Shown here: piece after piece, positions 31,538-39,924 of the stretch
How the letters are laid out: each line of letters opens with the position of its first letter
Numbering within the stretch: position 1 is the stretch's first letter
Origin: a virus
Reading direction: 5' to 3' (one strand)
DNA length: 64,000 nucleotides
IMG/VR virus record: IMGVR_UViG_3300036846_000867
Coordinates: 1 to 64,000 of that record
The notes under the pieces: model-generated
Databases searched by the model: none
What the model saw: only the letters and a program-made list of their open reading frames with translations
Told to the model about the DNA's origin: nothing
Made by a program: the position numbers and the translations under genes

Positions 31538-32556
31538 TCCTCTGGCGACAGCTTCTCGATGCGGTCAGCGTGCGCTGGATTGATCGCGGCCACAACACAT
31601 CGCGCGGCCACGTCAACATTCCTTGTCCGTGGTGCGGCACCGCCGATCCTTCGTACCATCTCGGCATCGAGGAGGCCACGGGAGCCTATTACTGCCTGCG
31701 TTCGCAGCCGCCGCATGCCGGGCGGTCGGTGCCGTTCCTATTGATGACGCTTGGCGTCCCGTCGTTCCAGATCGACGCGTTGCTGCGGGAATTCTCCGAT
31801 GACAGCACACCGACACGCACGCCGCGCGCACAGGAACTCACCAACTGGTCGCAATTCAAAAGCGCCGCCGATCATCCCGCCGCGCTAACTTATCTGCGGG
31901 CGCGCGGCTTCGATCCGCCCGCCGTGCTGGCCCGCCGCTATGACATGCGGTTCACCACATCGGGCAAGCACAGTTGGCGCATCCTGCTGCCGCTGCGGCT
32001 GAACACCGAGATCATCGGCTGGACCGGGCGAGACATCAGCAACCGGCAGCCCCAGCGCTATCTGACCAGCGATCCCTCCGGTGGGGGATCGCTCTACGTG
32101 CCGGTCTATCCGACCGAGGCGACGCAGATCGTCATCGTGGTCGAGGGACCATTCGACGCCATCGCGATCAGCGACAGCTATCCAGACCGTACCGTCATCG
32201 CCATCGCCCTGACCGGCCTTCAAGTTAATCCAATCCGCCGTCAGCATCTCGCCGATGTCATCCGAATGGCAGGCGGCGGGGAGCCACGCGTGCTACTGAC
32301 GCTCGATAGAGACCAGGAGACGAATATTAAGGAGAACCTCAAGGAAATGCTAGCGCGGGGCACCGGCATTCCCTATCCTGAAAATTTCCCGGTGCCGCCG
32401 TCCTTCAAGGATGCCGGGGAGATGTCACACGCACAAATCCAGGCATGGCTGAAGCAACTGCCGCCGCAGCAAAGACGAGGGGGAACACCGGAATGGAAGG
32501 AGGATTCCGACCGGAATGGCACGGCATCTTCGAAAACTGGACCAAAGCCTATATGA
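31534..32556 (+). CDS. DNA primase (zinc-ribbon + TOPRIM)
   Basis: ATGA overlap start. CPWCGT..YYCLRS zinc motif. VIVVEGPFDAIAISD (TOPRIM EGxxD) and LTLDRDQE (DxD). Confidence 0.75.
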   Translation: MILWRQLLDAVSVRWIDRGHNTSRGHVNIPCPWCGTADPSYHLGIEEATGAYYCLRSQPPHAGRSVPFLLMTLGVPSFQIDALLREFSDDSTPTRTPRAQELTNWSQFKSAADHPAALTYLRARGFDPPAVLARRYDMRFTTSGKHSWRILLPLRLNTEIIGWTGRDISNRQPQRYLTSDPSGGGSLYVPVYPTEATQIVIVVEGPFDAIAISDSYPDRTVIAIALTGLQVNPIRRQHLADVIRMAGGGEPRVLLTLDRDQETNIKENLKEMLARGTGIPYPENFPVPPSFKDAGEMSHAQIQAWLKQLPPQQRRGGTPEWKEDSDRNGTASSKTGPKPI

Positions 32557-33020
32557 GAGTTCACCACTGGAAAATCCGTCACGAGATGGATTTGAAGGAC
32601 AGCGTCCAGGAAGGCGCGCGGATTTTCGTCTGGTGCCTGCGCAAGACCACCAGCCAAGGAGGGCGGATCGACAACGAGAAATGGTTCATGCGCTACTATC
32701 AGCGGGCGGTGGGGACGTGGCTGATCGACAAGGCCGCGAAGAGCACGGCGCGGCGCGAGGGGCAGATCGTCCTGGCCCAGCAGCCGCCCGTCGCCACCAT
32801 CGAGCAGAACGGCCCGCTGCTGACGGCGCTCAGTCAAGACGCCTCGCATGAACTCCAGATCGTGTTGCGGACCATCATGGGGACATCGAGCGAATTCTTC
32901 CTGGGGCTCCTGTTGCGGCCCGGTCCAGATAACGTCTGGTCGCGGCGGCTGTGTCGTCTATGCGGCATTCCGGTCAATGAGAACATTATCGACGAACTGA
33001 AAAAGCTGCTGAAGGAATAG
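32493..33020 (+). CDS. Possible ECF-like sigma factor or RNAP-binding protein (175 aa)
   Basis: FENWTKAYMRVHHWKI..DLKDSVQEGARIFVW..WFMRYYQRAVGTWLIDKAAK resembles sigma regions 2.1-2.4. Start is uncertain (32493 with GAGGGGG RBS, or 32553 with ATGA overlap). Confidence 0.4.
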   Translation: MEGGFRPEWHGIFENWTKAYMRVHHWKIRHEMDLKDSVQEGARIFVWCLRKTTSQGGRIDNEKWFMRYYQRAVGTWLIDKAAKSTARREGQIVLAQQPPVATIEQNGPLLTALSQDASHELQIVLRTIMGTSSEFFLGLLLRPGPDNVWSRRLCRLCGIPVNENIIDELKKLLKE

Positions 33021-33031
33021 ATATTTTTTGG

Positions 33032-33060
33032 TTGCCGATTGCCCCTTCGCGAATTATATT
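33032..33060 (+). promoter_or_regulatory. Promoter-like TTGCCG-N17-TATATT
   Basis: Read directly, upstream of ORF 33096. Confidence 0.45.
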
Positions 33061-33095
33061 GGTGGTTAACCCCAAGCGAAGCGAAGGAGCGATCA

Positions 33096-33695
33096 ATGAC
33101 CGTAACCGAGCCTGGAGCCACGACCGAAGAACACACGGTATACACCGAATTGTTTGCCGCGATCCGGCAGCACAAGCCGACATTCCGCGCCCAGCGCGAG
33201 AGCGACACCGATGCCGATCACATCGAACGCGTTCTGCAAGCCATCGCCGACGTGCCGGATGAGATTTACAACGCCCTGTCGGCCGAGGCGCAGAACTGGT
33301 TCGCCCGTGCGGCGGAAACCGCCAATGCGGGCGGCGTACCGGCCCCGCCGGATGGCTTCGTCTCGGGCTACAAGCCGAAGCAGCCCAAGGCGGCGAAGAA
33401 GAAGCTGATCACGCGCGAGAGGCCGCAGAAGGCACAGAAGGCGCTGGGGCCGACGATGGGCACGCTGATCCGCCGCGCGATCATCGACAACCGGCATGCC
33501 ACCGTGCAGGACCTCGAAGCCATGCTGGCGGCCAACGGCTTCACCGACATCAAGCGCTCGACCGTCTTCTCGTTCCAGCGCGGCTCGCTCGACACGCTGC
33601 GTGTCGCCGAGGCGATGGGCCGCTTCTACTGGCCGGAACCGGCGGCGACAGGACAGCCTGCGGAACAGGCAGCGGAACAGCCTGCCGCAGCATAA
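33096..33695 (+). CDS. Hypothetical protein (199 aa)
   Basis: ORF track 33039 trimmed to ATG 33096 (GAAGGAG RBS). Confidence 0.6.
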   Translation: MTVTEPGATTEEHTVYTELFAAIRQHKPTFRAQRESDTDADHIERVLQAIADVPDEIYNALSAEAQNWFARAAETANAGGVPAPPDGFVSGYKPKQPKAAKKKLITRERPQKAQKALGPTMGTLIRRAIIDNRHATVQDLEAMLAANGFTDIKRSTVFSFQRGSLDTLRVAEAMGRFYWPEPAATGQPAEQAAEQPAAA

Positions 33696-33715
33696 TCCCC
33701 TTTCGGCCGATTGCA

Positions 33716-33747
33716 GAAACGGCCCCCGCTCGGGGGCCGTTTCGTTA
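33716..33747 (+). terminator. Terminator-like perfect 12-bp hairpin
   Basis: GAAACGGCCCCC-GCTC-GGGGGCCGTTTC followed by GTT. Confidence 0.7.
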
Positions 33748-33764
33748 GGAGGGTATAGACGAAG

Positions 33765-34532
33765 ATGAACGCATCGCAGATGATCGTCAACGAACGCGCC
33801 GGGCCGATTGACAAGACCGTGCTCTTGTTCAGCGGAGGTATGGACAGCCTGTGCTACGCGCATCTGCTGAAGCCCGATCTCCTGCTCTACATCCCGACCG
33901 GGGCTCGCTACGAGATAACGGAGAGTTGGTGGGTTAGCCAGCTTCTATTCCAGAACATGCTGCCTCCCGAGAGCGAGCTATTGACGTTGGGCGGCGCGCT
34001 CGATCTGAGCCGCTACGAGCGTAGCGACATGATCGTGCCGAACCGCAACGCCCATCTGGTGATGCTCGCCTCGCATTACGGCGACACGATCCATCTGTCG
34101 TCGGTCGATGGTGACCGCTCGACCGACAAGGACGAGCAGTTCTATGCGCTGATGACCGTGCTGCTCGATCACATGTGGCAGAAGCAGCATTGGTGCGATC
34201 CGGCGCGGCGCTTCAAGATCGAAGCCCCGTTCAAGCACCTGACCAAGCGCCAGTTGGTGCAGTTATACTTGGCCGATGGCGGCGATCCCACCGTGTTCCG
34301 CGTCAGCTATTCCTGCTATCGCGGCGAGCGCAAACACTGCGGCGTCTGCAAGCCGTGCTTCCGCAAGCGCGTCGCCCTGGAACTCAATTTCATCGTGCTC
34401 AAGGATTACTGGGAGCAGGATTTCTGGGAGACGCAATGGTACGTCGATCTGCTGCCACTGATCCAACGAGGCCAGTATCGTGGCGAAGAGGATCGCGATA
34501 TCATGGAATTTGCCAAACGTATGAGCATTTGA
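33765..34532 (+). CDS. queC: QueC-like PP-loop ATPase (7-cyano-7-deazaguanine synthase family)
   Basis: PP-loop LLFSGGMDSLC. C-terminal zinc motif SCYRGERKHCGVCKPCFRKR. GGAGGGTATAGA box ends 5 nt before the ATG. Confidence 0.75.
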   Translation: MNASQMIVNERAGPIDKTVLLFSGGMDSLCYAHLLKPDLLLYIPTGARYEITESWWVSQLLFQNMLPPESELLTLGGALDLSRYERSDMIVPNRNAHLVMLASHYGDTIHLSSVDGDRSTDKDEQFYALMTVLLDHMWQKQHWCDPARRFKIEAPFKHLTKRQLVQLYLADGGDPTVFRVSYSCYRGERKHCGVCKPCFRKRVALELNFIVLKDYWEQDFWETQWYVDLLPLIQRGQYRGEEDRDIMEFAKRMSI

Positions 34533-34543
34533 GGAGCGCAACG

Positions 34544-34849
34544 ATGAAATGGATACTGAAGCACCCAAAGGCCACATTCGACATGCTGGGCTTCCTGCCC
34601 ATGATGTTCGACGACCGCAATCCGCTGCCAGCCCGCGAACAGGCCGACCATAACTACAACCACGGCGGCGGCTGGCAGCCTTTCCCGCATTTCAAAATGA
34701 CCGAGAAAGGGCTGAAATATCCCGGCGATCCGGTCATGCCGCTACTCGCCGAGGCCAAGTTACGCGACGAAACGATCCGGTTCTACGAATGCGCGTGGGT
34801 AGCCATTATCCAACCGGATGGCAGCTACGAAATCTGCCGGATGGATTAA
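34544..34849 (+). CDS. Hypothetical protein (101 aa)
   Basis: ORF track 34175 trimmed to ATG 34544 (GAGGAG RBS). Confidence 0.55.
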   Translation: MKWILKHPKATFDMLGFLPMMFDDRNPLPAREQADHNYNHGGGWQPFPHFKMTEKGLKYPGDPVMPLLAEAKLRDETIRFYECAWVAIIQPDGSYEICRMD

Positions 34850-34867
34850 CCTTTTTTGCCTTATGGC

Positions 34868-34898
34868 TTGAATTTTAAGGCATTATTGCATATATATA
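34868..34898 (+). promoter_or_regulatory. Class I promoter TTGAAT-N18-ATATATAAATC
   Basis: Read directly. Confidence 0.55.
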
Positions 34899-34931
34899 AA
34901 TCACAGAAGAACCCGAAGAAAGGACACGACC

Positions 34932-35393
34932 ATGACGTTGTTCATCGATCTCGATGGCGTCTTGGCCGATTTCGACACGGCCTACGCCGCTATAGCGGGC
35001 GCACCGCCCAACAAGCTCCTCGACAATGTGGACTGGCGAAAGATCGTCGCGGCTCCCGGCTTCTATGCCGAGATACCGCCGATGCCCGATATGGAGGCCT
35101 TCTGGGCCTACATCACGACATTTCCCGATGTCGTGATCCTGACCGGCGTGCCGACCAGCGTGCCGAAGGCCGCCGACGACAAGCGGGCGTGGGTGACCAA
35201 GCATCTTGGCGCACACGTCAAGATGATCGCCTGCAAATCGCGGGAGAAATGCCTCTACGCCAAGCCGGGCGACGTGCTAGTGGACGATTGGGAGAAATAC
35301 CGGGCTAACTGGCTGAAGGCCGGGGGCGTGTGGATCACGCACACCAGCGCCGCCGAGAGCATCGCCGCGCTGGCGGAAATGGCAAGCAAATGA
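34932..35393 (+). CDS. HAD-family 5'(3')-deoxyribonucleotidase-like enzyme
   Basis: LFIDLDGVLADFD (DxDxV/T motif I) ... VLVDDW. 153 aa. Confidence 0.7.
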   Translation: MTLFIDLDGVLADFDTAYAAIAGAPPNKLLDNVDWRKIVAAPGFYAEIPPMPDMEAFWAYITTFPDVVILTGVPTSVPKAADDKRAWVTKHLGAHVKMIACKSREKCLYAKPGDVLVDDWEKYRANWLKAGGVWITHTSAAESIAALAEMASK

Positions 35394-35647
35394 GAAACCC
35401 CAAGATCATCAAGCTCTACTGCCCGGTCTGCCATCGCAGCCTCCCGAAGAGCAGACAGCTTTGCCGCTGTCAGCGTGCATCGCGTATGATTCGCGACAAG
35501 GAGCAGGCACTGCCGCCAATCGACAAAGCGGCTCAGCAGGAACTGCGGCGACAGTTGCGGCGCAAAATCGAAGGCGGATGGAAGCCCGAAGACATCCGCA
35601 AGCTTGGCCCGCTAACTCGTAACTGGCTGTTTGGGTATCTAGAATGA
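35390..35647 (+). CDS. Hypothetical CxxC protein (85 aa)
   Basis: ATGA overlap. CPVCHRSL..CRC. Confidence 0.5.
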   Translation: MRNPKIIKLYCPVCHRSLPKSRQLCRCQRASRMIRDKEQALPPIDKAAQQELRRQLRRKIEGGWKPEDIRKLGPLTRNWLFGYLE

Positions 35648-35678
35648 GCACGTTAAACCAAAATGATGGGAGAGCACG

Positions 35679-35879
35679 TTGCGATTTGTCTGGTTTTATC
35701 TGTACATTCAGATGTTCATTTTCGGCGGCCTCGCGACTGCGATCTTCCTCGATTTCGTAAAGGGGCTCGCAAGGCGGCTCGCAAGGCGGCTCGCAAGGCG
35801 GTGGCGCGTAATACGGCTCGCAAGACGGCTGTCCAAACCAAGAGAACCCCCAATCGCCGATGCCGACATAGCAGATTAA
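35679..35879 (+). CDS. Small membrane protein (66 aa) with (LARR)3 tail encoded by a 12-bp x3 tandem repeat (35765-35800)
   Basis: TTG start after GGGAGAG. TM helix FVWFYLYIQMFIFGGLATAIFLDFV. Stops just before the terminator, whereas the alternative frame 35663-35908 reads through the hairpin. Confidence 0.45.
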   Translation: MRFVWFYLYIQMFIFGGLATAIFLDFVKGLARRLARRLARRWRVIRLARRLSKPREPPIADADIAD

Positions 35880-35880
35880 A

Positions 35881-35903
35881 AGAGGCCATACGGCCTCTTT
35901 TTT
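35881..35903 (+). terminator. Rho-independent terminator
   Basis: AGAGGCC-ATAC-GGCCTCT followed by TTTTT. Confidence 0.85.
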
Positions 35904-35915
35904 CGTAGAGAGTTA

Positions 35916-35946
35916 TTGACATATAGGGAGATACGCCTCATATATA
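35916..35946 (+). promoter_or_regulatory. Class I promoter ATTGACATATAG-N-ATATATACAG
   Basis: TTGACA at 35916-35921, then 18 nt, then ATATATA. Confidence 0.6.
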
Positions 35947-35996
35947 CAGTAGTCGAAACGGGCGATGGTGTCCGGTTCCAAGGAGGGAAATCCCCA

Positions 35997-36722
35997 ATGT
36001 TCGCTTCCGCCAAAAAAGTGGCGCTCGCTCCCAAAACTACAGCCAAAGGCAAGCCGACCAAGCCGGTCGATCTGATCGAGGGCTGGGAGGAGCTATGCGC
36101 GCTCGACGTGGTCAGCAAGGCGCTCGCCGGGCTGGTTACCGTCAAAAAGCTATCGCTCGAAGAGGGACCGATCACCGATCTCCTGGTGACGCGCGGTCTG
36201 GCCACCGGCCGCAAGCCGGAATCGCTCTCGCCGGTCGAAGGCGAAGGCAAGGGATCGGCCTACATCGCCAAGCGCTCGACGAAATCGCCGCTCAGCGAGG
36301 AGGAGATCGAGTTACTGACCGAGACGGTCGGCGAGGAGGCCCTGCCCAGCTACGTCGAGATGGTCGAAGACCGGCCTGCGCTGCTGGCGGTCAATCCGGA
36401 ATATGCCAGTGACGAAGCCCTGCTCCGCAAGATCGACCGGGCGCTCAAGAGCGTCAAGGACATCCCGGAGGATTTCATCATCGAGACCGAGGCGGTCTCG
36501 AAGACGGTGGTCGCCGACGGGGCGGTCAACGAGATGTTCAAGCTGTCGCCCGAAAAGCTAGAAGCGGTCTTCGCGCTGCTCGCCGGGATCAGCCTGCGGC
36601 CGGTCTACGGCGCGAGCCTGGAGAAAGCCTGGGAGGCGATCCGGGCACTGCTCCCGGAGGCCGCCGGCCTGCCAGAGAAGCCGAAGGCACGGCCCGTCCC
36701 GGTCATGCGCAGGGCAGGCTAA
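35997..36722 (+). CDS. Hypothetical protein (241 aa)
   Basis: ORF track 35916 trimmed to ATG 35997 (GGAGGG RBS). Confidence 0.6.
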   Translation: MFASAKKVALAPKTTAKGKPTKPVDLIEGWEELCALDVVSKALAGLVTVKKLSLEEGPITDLLVTRGLATGRKPESLSPVEGEGKGSAYIAKRSTKSPLSEEEIELLTETVGEEALPSYVEMVEDRPALLAVNPEYASDEALLRKIDRALKSVKDIPEDFIIETEAVSKTVVADGAVNEMFKLSPEKLEAVFALLAGISLRPVYGASLEKAWEAIRALLPEAAGLPEKPKARPVPVMRRAG

Positions 36723-36914
36723 CAAGAACAGACAGCGGGATGGTCTTCTCCTTCGGGACTGCCGGTGGCCCGAACTCCCGCACACCGGTCCTAGTAACTC
36801 CCCGCAAGGAATGAAATGAAAATCGATCCAAACGCCATCGGTATGTGGGCAACAGCAATCACCTTCGGACTATTGCTCTGGCAACTCGGCTACCTTTGAA
36901 TCTGACATGGCTAC

Positions 36915-36945
36915 TTGACATATGGCGCAATATGCCCCATATATA
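36915..36945 (+). promoter_or_regulatory. Class I promoter CTTGACATATGG-N-ATATATAAAGCGG
   Basis: Read directly. Confidence 0.65.
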
Positions 36946-36969
36946 AAGCGGACGAAAAAGGAGAAATCA

Positions 36970-37161
36970 ATGTCCGTCAACGCCAAATCCCTCCTCGCGA
37001 AAGCCCTAAAAGCGGCCAAGGCCGATGCTTCTATCGGCTTCTGCATCGCCTGCGGCAAGAAGGCCAGCGGCGTCGAACCGGACGCACGAAAATATCCGTG
37101 CGCGGGCTGCGGCAAGAACGCAGTCTACGGTGCCGAAGAAATCGTCATGATACTGGCCTAA
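36970..37161 (+). CDS. Zinc-ribbon protein (63 aa)
   Basis: ORF track 36922 trimmed to ATG 36970 (AGGAGA RBS). CIACG...CAGCG. Confidence 0.55.
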   Translation: MSVNAKSLLAKALKAAKADASIGFCIACGKKASGVEPDARKYPCAGCGKNAVYGAEEIVMILA

Positions 37162-37171
37162 AGGAACCACG

Positions 37172-37639
37172 ATGACCGTTCTACCAAACACACATATCTC
37201 CCCTGAGACGGCCTACGTGGTCGAAAATTACCCTTATAGCTGGAAGCTGCGCTGCCAGATGCGCTACTGGCTGGAATTCCAGCCGAAGAAGGGCTTCCGC
37301 CTGTGGATGCAGACGAGCAATCCGAAGCGCGGCGGCATGTGGAACAAGCCGAAGGCTGGGACGTATTCGAAATTCGGCGCGGCGCTCTATCTCGACGAAA
37401 ACGGCCACGTCAAATGCGCGGGGCTGTCGGAATATTCCAGCGTCGAGGAATGCGAAGCCTTCGTCGATATGTATCTTGCGGGCGTGCCCGCCGCTGGCCA
37501 GAAGATCACCAAGGCGTGGCTGGCCGCAAAACAGGCTTATTGGATACGGCAGACCAAGCCAATCGATCCGGTCGCCGCTGCACACGCGCGCATCGCCTTC
37601 GGCAAGACGCTTGTCGCGGAGGAGGAGAAGCCACAGTGA
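37172..37639 (+). CDS. Hypothetical protein (155 aa)
   Basis: ORF track. AAAGGAA RBS. Confidence 0.6.
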   Translation: MTVLPNTHISPETAYVVENYPYSWKLRCQMRYWLEFQPKKGFRLWMQTSNPKRGGMWNKPKAGTYSKFGAALYLDENGHVKCAGLSEYSSVEECEAFVDMYLAGVPAAGQKITKAWLAAKQAYWIRQTKPIDPVAAAHARIAFGKTLVAEEEKPQ

Positions 37640-37884
37640 CTGACCGCCTAACTCTAGCACATGCCCTCGAAGAAGGGGGCATTTTACGCGAGGCCGCCGA
37701 GCACATCGCGACCGAGATTTTCGGTGCAATCCATAGCAATGTTGCCACTAAGACTGATCTCCGCGAATTGGAACAGAAATTCGAGATTCGCTTCGAAGAA
37801 ACCCAACACCTGATCACCCGCATGACCATTGCTCTCGGTGCCATAGTCATCGCAGCGGCAGGCATACTGCATTACTGGAAATAG
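37636..37884 (+). CDS. Hypothetical coiled-coil protein with C-terminal TM helix (82 aa)
   Basis: GTG start overlapping the upstream stop (GTGA). In the frame of ORF 37303-37884. Confidence 0.5.
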   Translation: MTDRLTLAHALEEGGILREAAEHIATEIFGAIHSNVATKTDLRELEQKFEIRFEETQHLITRMTIALGAIVIAAAGILHYWK

Positions 37885-37887
37885 TCG

Positions 37888-38520
37888 ATGAAATACGACA
37901 GCTTCCGTTATCTTTATCCGCCACGCCCCGAGACCAAGATCGCACCAACTGATCTCGGCGTGATCGAGAAGCAGGGCTGGATCGGGCAGGCCAAAATGAA
38001 CGGCACGCTCTGCACGATCTACGTCAGCAACGACGGCTCAGTGGCGATGGGACGCCACGGCCCGGACCATGTCCTCGACTGGCAGCCGGGCGCTCCGTGG
38101 CAGGATTTTACCAACACACTGGAGGGCAGTGGCTGGTACGTCTTCGTCGGTGAATTGCTGCATTCGAAGGGCGTCGGCGTGCGCGACACCATCGTGCTGT
38201 TCGATCTGCTGGTTGAAGACGGCGACTATCTCGTCGGTAAATCCTACGGCGTGCGGCTCGCCCGACTGACGCAATTGCTCAATATCTACGGCCAGCCGCG
38301 CCGCCTGGAACTGACGCACAGAGAGTATAATGAAGGCGTGTGGCTAATCGAGAGCCGCGCACGGGCCTTCCGCGAATGGTTCGACGCGCCCGCGCCCGCG
38401 ATGGTCGAAGGGCTGGTCTTTAAACAGTGTGACGCCAAGCTGCAACTATGCAGCCGAGCGACCGCCAACAAGAACTGGCAGGTTAAGTGTCGCAAGCCAA
38501 AGGCCAATGTGAGCTTTTAA
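37888..38520 (+). CDS. Minimal ATP-dependent DNA (or RNA) ligase-like nucleotidyltransferase (210 aa)
   Basis: Motif I AKMNGT (KxNG rather than KxDG), motif III FVGELL, motif IV EGLVFK, motif V WQVKCRK. Confidence 0.7.
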   Translation: MKYDSFRYLYPPRPETKIAPTDLGVIEKQGWIGQAKMNGTLCTIYVSNDGSVAMGRHGPDHVLDWQPGAPWQDFTNTLEGSGWYVFVGELLHSKGVGVRDTIVLFDLLVEDGDYLVGKSYGVRLARLTQLLNIYGQPRRLELTHREYNEGVWLIESRARAFREWFDAPAPAMVEGLVFKQCDAKLQLCSRATANKNWQVKCRKPKANVSF

Positions 38521-38531
38521 GGAAAGACAGC

Positions 38532-38756
38532 ATGACACTACAACTCGGTGCTTTGCGCGACGCGTTGCTAAATGCAGGCGCGACCGCCGACAAGGCCGAT
38601 AAAGCAGCGGAGGAACTGGCTGGCTACGAAAACCGCTTCGCCGGGATCGAGACACGGCTCGCAGTTCTCACCTGGATGGTTGGTTCCAATATCGCTGTTA
38701 CGATTGGCCTTCTCTGGCTGCTAATTCGCACCGCCAGCAAAGTTGGAGCCCTATGA
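38532..38756 (+). CDS. Hypothetical coiled-coil/TM protein (74 aa)
   Basis: ORF track 38487 trimmed to ATG 38532. Architecture resembles 37636-37884. Confidence 0.5.
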   Translation: MTLQLGALRDALLNAGATADKADKAAEELAGYENRFAGIETRLAVLTWMVGSNIAVTIGLLWLLIRTASKVGAL

Positions 38757-38945
38757 TGATGCTCCTCGTCCTGTGGGCCATCGGTCATTTCCTGGAGACA
38801 CAGTAATGCTGCCACATCCTGCCGCGCTAAACGTCGCCTTCACCACGATCAAACGGAGGCGACAACACTGCTGGTGCTGGCCGATCCTGGCCATAACCTG
38901 CGCTGCATTCGCATGGATGCTCATTCATTCGTAAAGGACCGAACT

Positions 38946-39155
38946 ATGCCCAAAGCCCCTAATCCCGCCAAGACCATATCGCCGAGGCAGTGGCGCTCGA
39001 TAATCTCGAAGATCAAGCGCCACAAGGAAGCCATCGCCTACCACCGCGACGCGCTCCGCGATATCCACTACGATCTGGACCAGATTATCGAAAGCACCAA
39101 CGAGGGGCTGCAATCGCTCGACGTGGCGCTCGATCAACTATCGGAGTTCCTATGA
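38946..39155 (+). CDS. Hypothetical protein (69 aa)
   Basis: ORF track 38874 trimmed to ATG 38946 (AAAGGA upstream). Confidence 0.5.
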   Translation: MPKAPNPAKTISPRQWRSIISKIKRHKEAIAYHRDALRDIHYDLDQIIESTNEGLQSLDVALDQLSEFL

Positions 39156-39463
39156 GCTTTGAGAAAGTGCTGCTGGAAGCCGGTTACGCCTGCTCGCGCC
39201 AGCTTGCCGACGGCAATTGGCTGGCGGTCCAGCGCCAGATGTACACCACGGGCCTGTTCCTGATCCGCGACGGCGACGAATGGGGATACGAATGCCGCTG
39301 GTGCTACGAACACACCGTGCCCGCCATCATCGCCCTCAATCTGTGGAACGGGATCGGTGACGATCCGCCGGGGCCGTGGGTAAAGCAAAAAGGCCGGAAC
39401 AGCACCGGTCGCGGCGTTGATCGGCTTAACCCAAAACTGGCCGACGAGAAGGCAGAATTCTGA
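39152..39463 (+). CDS. Hypothetical protein (103 aa)
   Basis: ATGA overlap. In the frame of ORF 38990-39463. Confidence 0.5.
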   Translation: MSFEKVLLEAGYACSRQLADGNWLAVQRQMYTTGLFLIRDGDEWGYECRWCYEHTVPAIIALNLWNGIGDDPPGPWVKQKGRNSTGRGVDRLNPKLADEKAEF

Positions 39464-39924
39464 TGAGCGGCTGGAATCTTCCGCCCGGCGTGACCACGGT
39501 GATGATCGAACACGCCTATGGCGGTCCCGAGGGGCCGTGCGCCGTCTGCGGCCTCGTGATCGACGACTGCATCTGCCCGGAATGCCCGGTCTGCAACGGC
39601 GTCGGCGATCCCGTCTGCTACGACGGCGGACGCCGCTGGTACACCGAAGAGATCGGTGGACAACGCGTGGACGTGGAACGTGAAACGCCCGGCCACGGGC
39701 TGGTCCGCACGGCGGCCCAGATCGAGCAGCGCCGCAAGGCCGACGAATATCTGGCCGAAGAAGCCGCCGCCGACCGTCAGTTCAACGACGATGAATTTAT
39801 CTGGTCGGTCCTCGAAAGACCGCCGCACAGCAACGCAGAGCGCGACTGTCTGGTCGGGCTCGCCGCTGCGATCCAGGCGTGGTTGGTCGATCAGGGAATT
39901 ATGCGACTGGTCGGACCGCCATGA
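39463..39924 (+). CDS. Hypothetical Cys-rich protein (153 aa)
   Basis: ORF track. TGATG overlap. CAVCG..CICPECPVCNG. Confidence 0.6.
   Translation: MSGWNLPPGVTTVMIEHAYGGPEGPCAVCGLVIDDCICPECPVCNGVGDPVCYDGGRRWYTEEIGGQRVDVERETPGHGLVRTAAQIEQRRKADEYLAEEAAADRQFNDDEFIWSVLERPPHSNAERDCLVGLAAAIQAWLVDQGIMRLVGPP

Noticed and set aside
35663-35908. The alternative frame giving an (ARKA)3 basic protein over the 12-bp x3 repeat
   Set aside because: It has lower GC3 and reads straight through the terminator hairpin. The TTG-initiated membrane-protein frame (35679-35879) stops just before the terminator.
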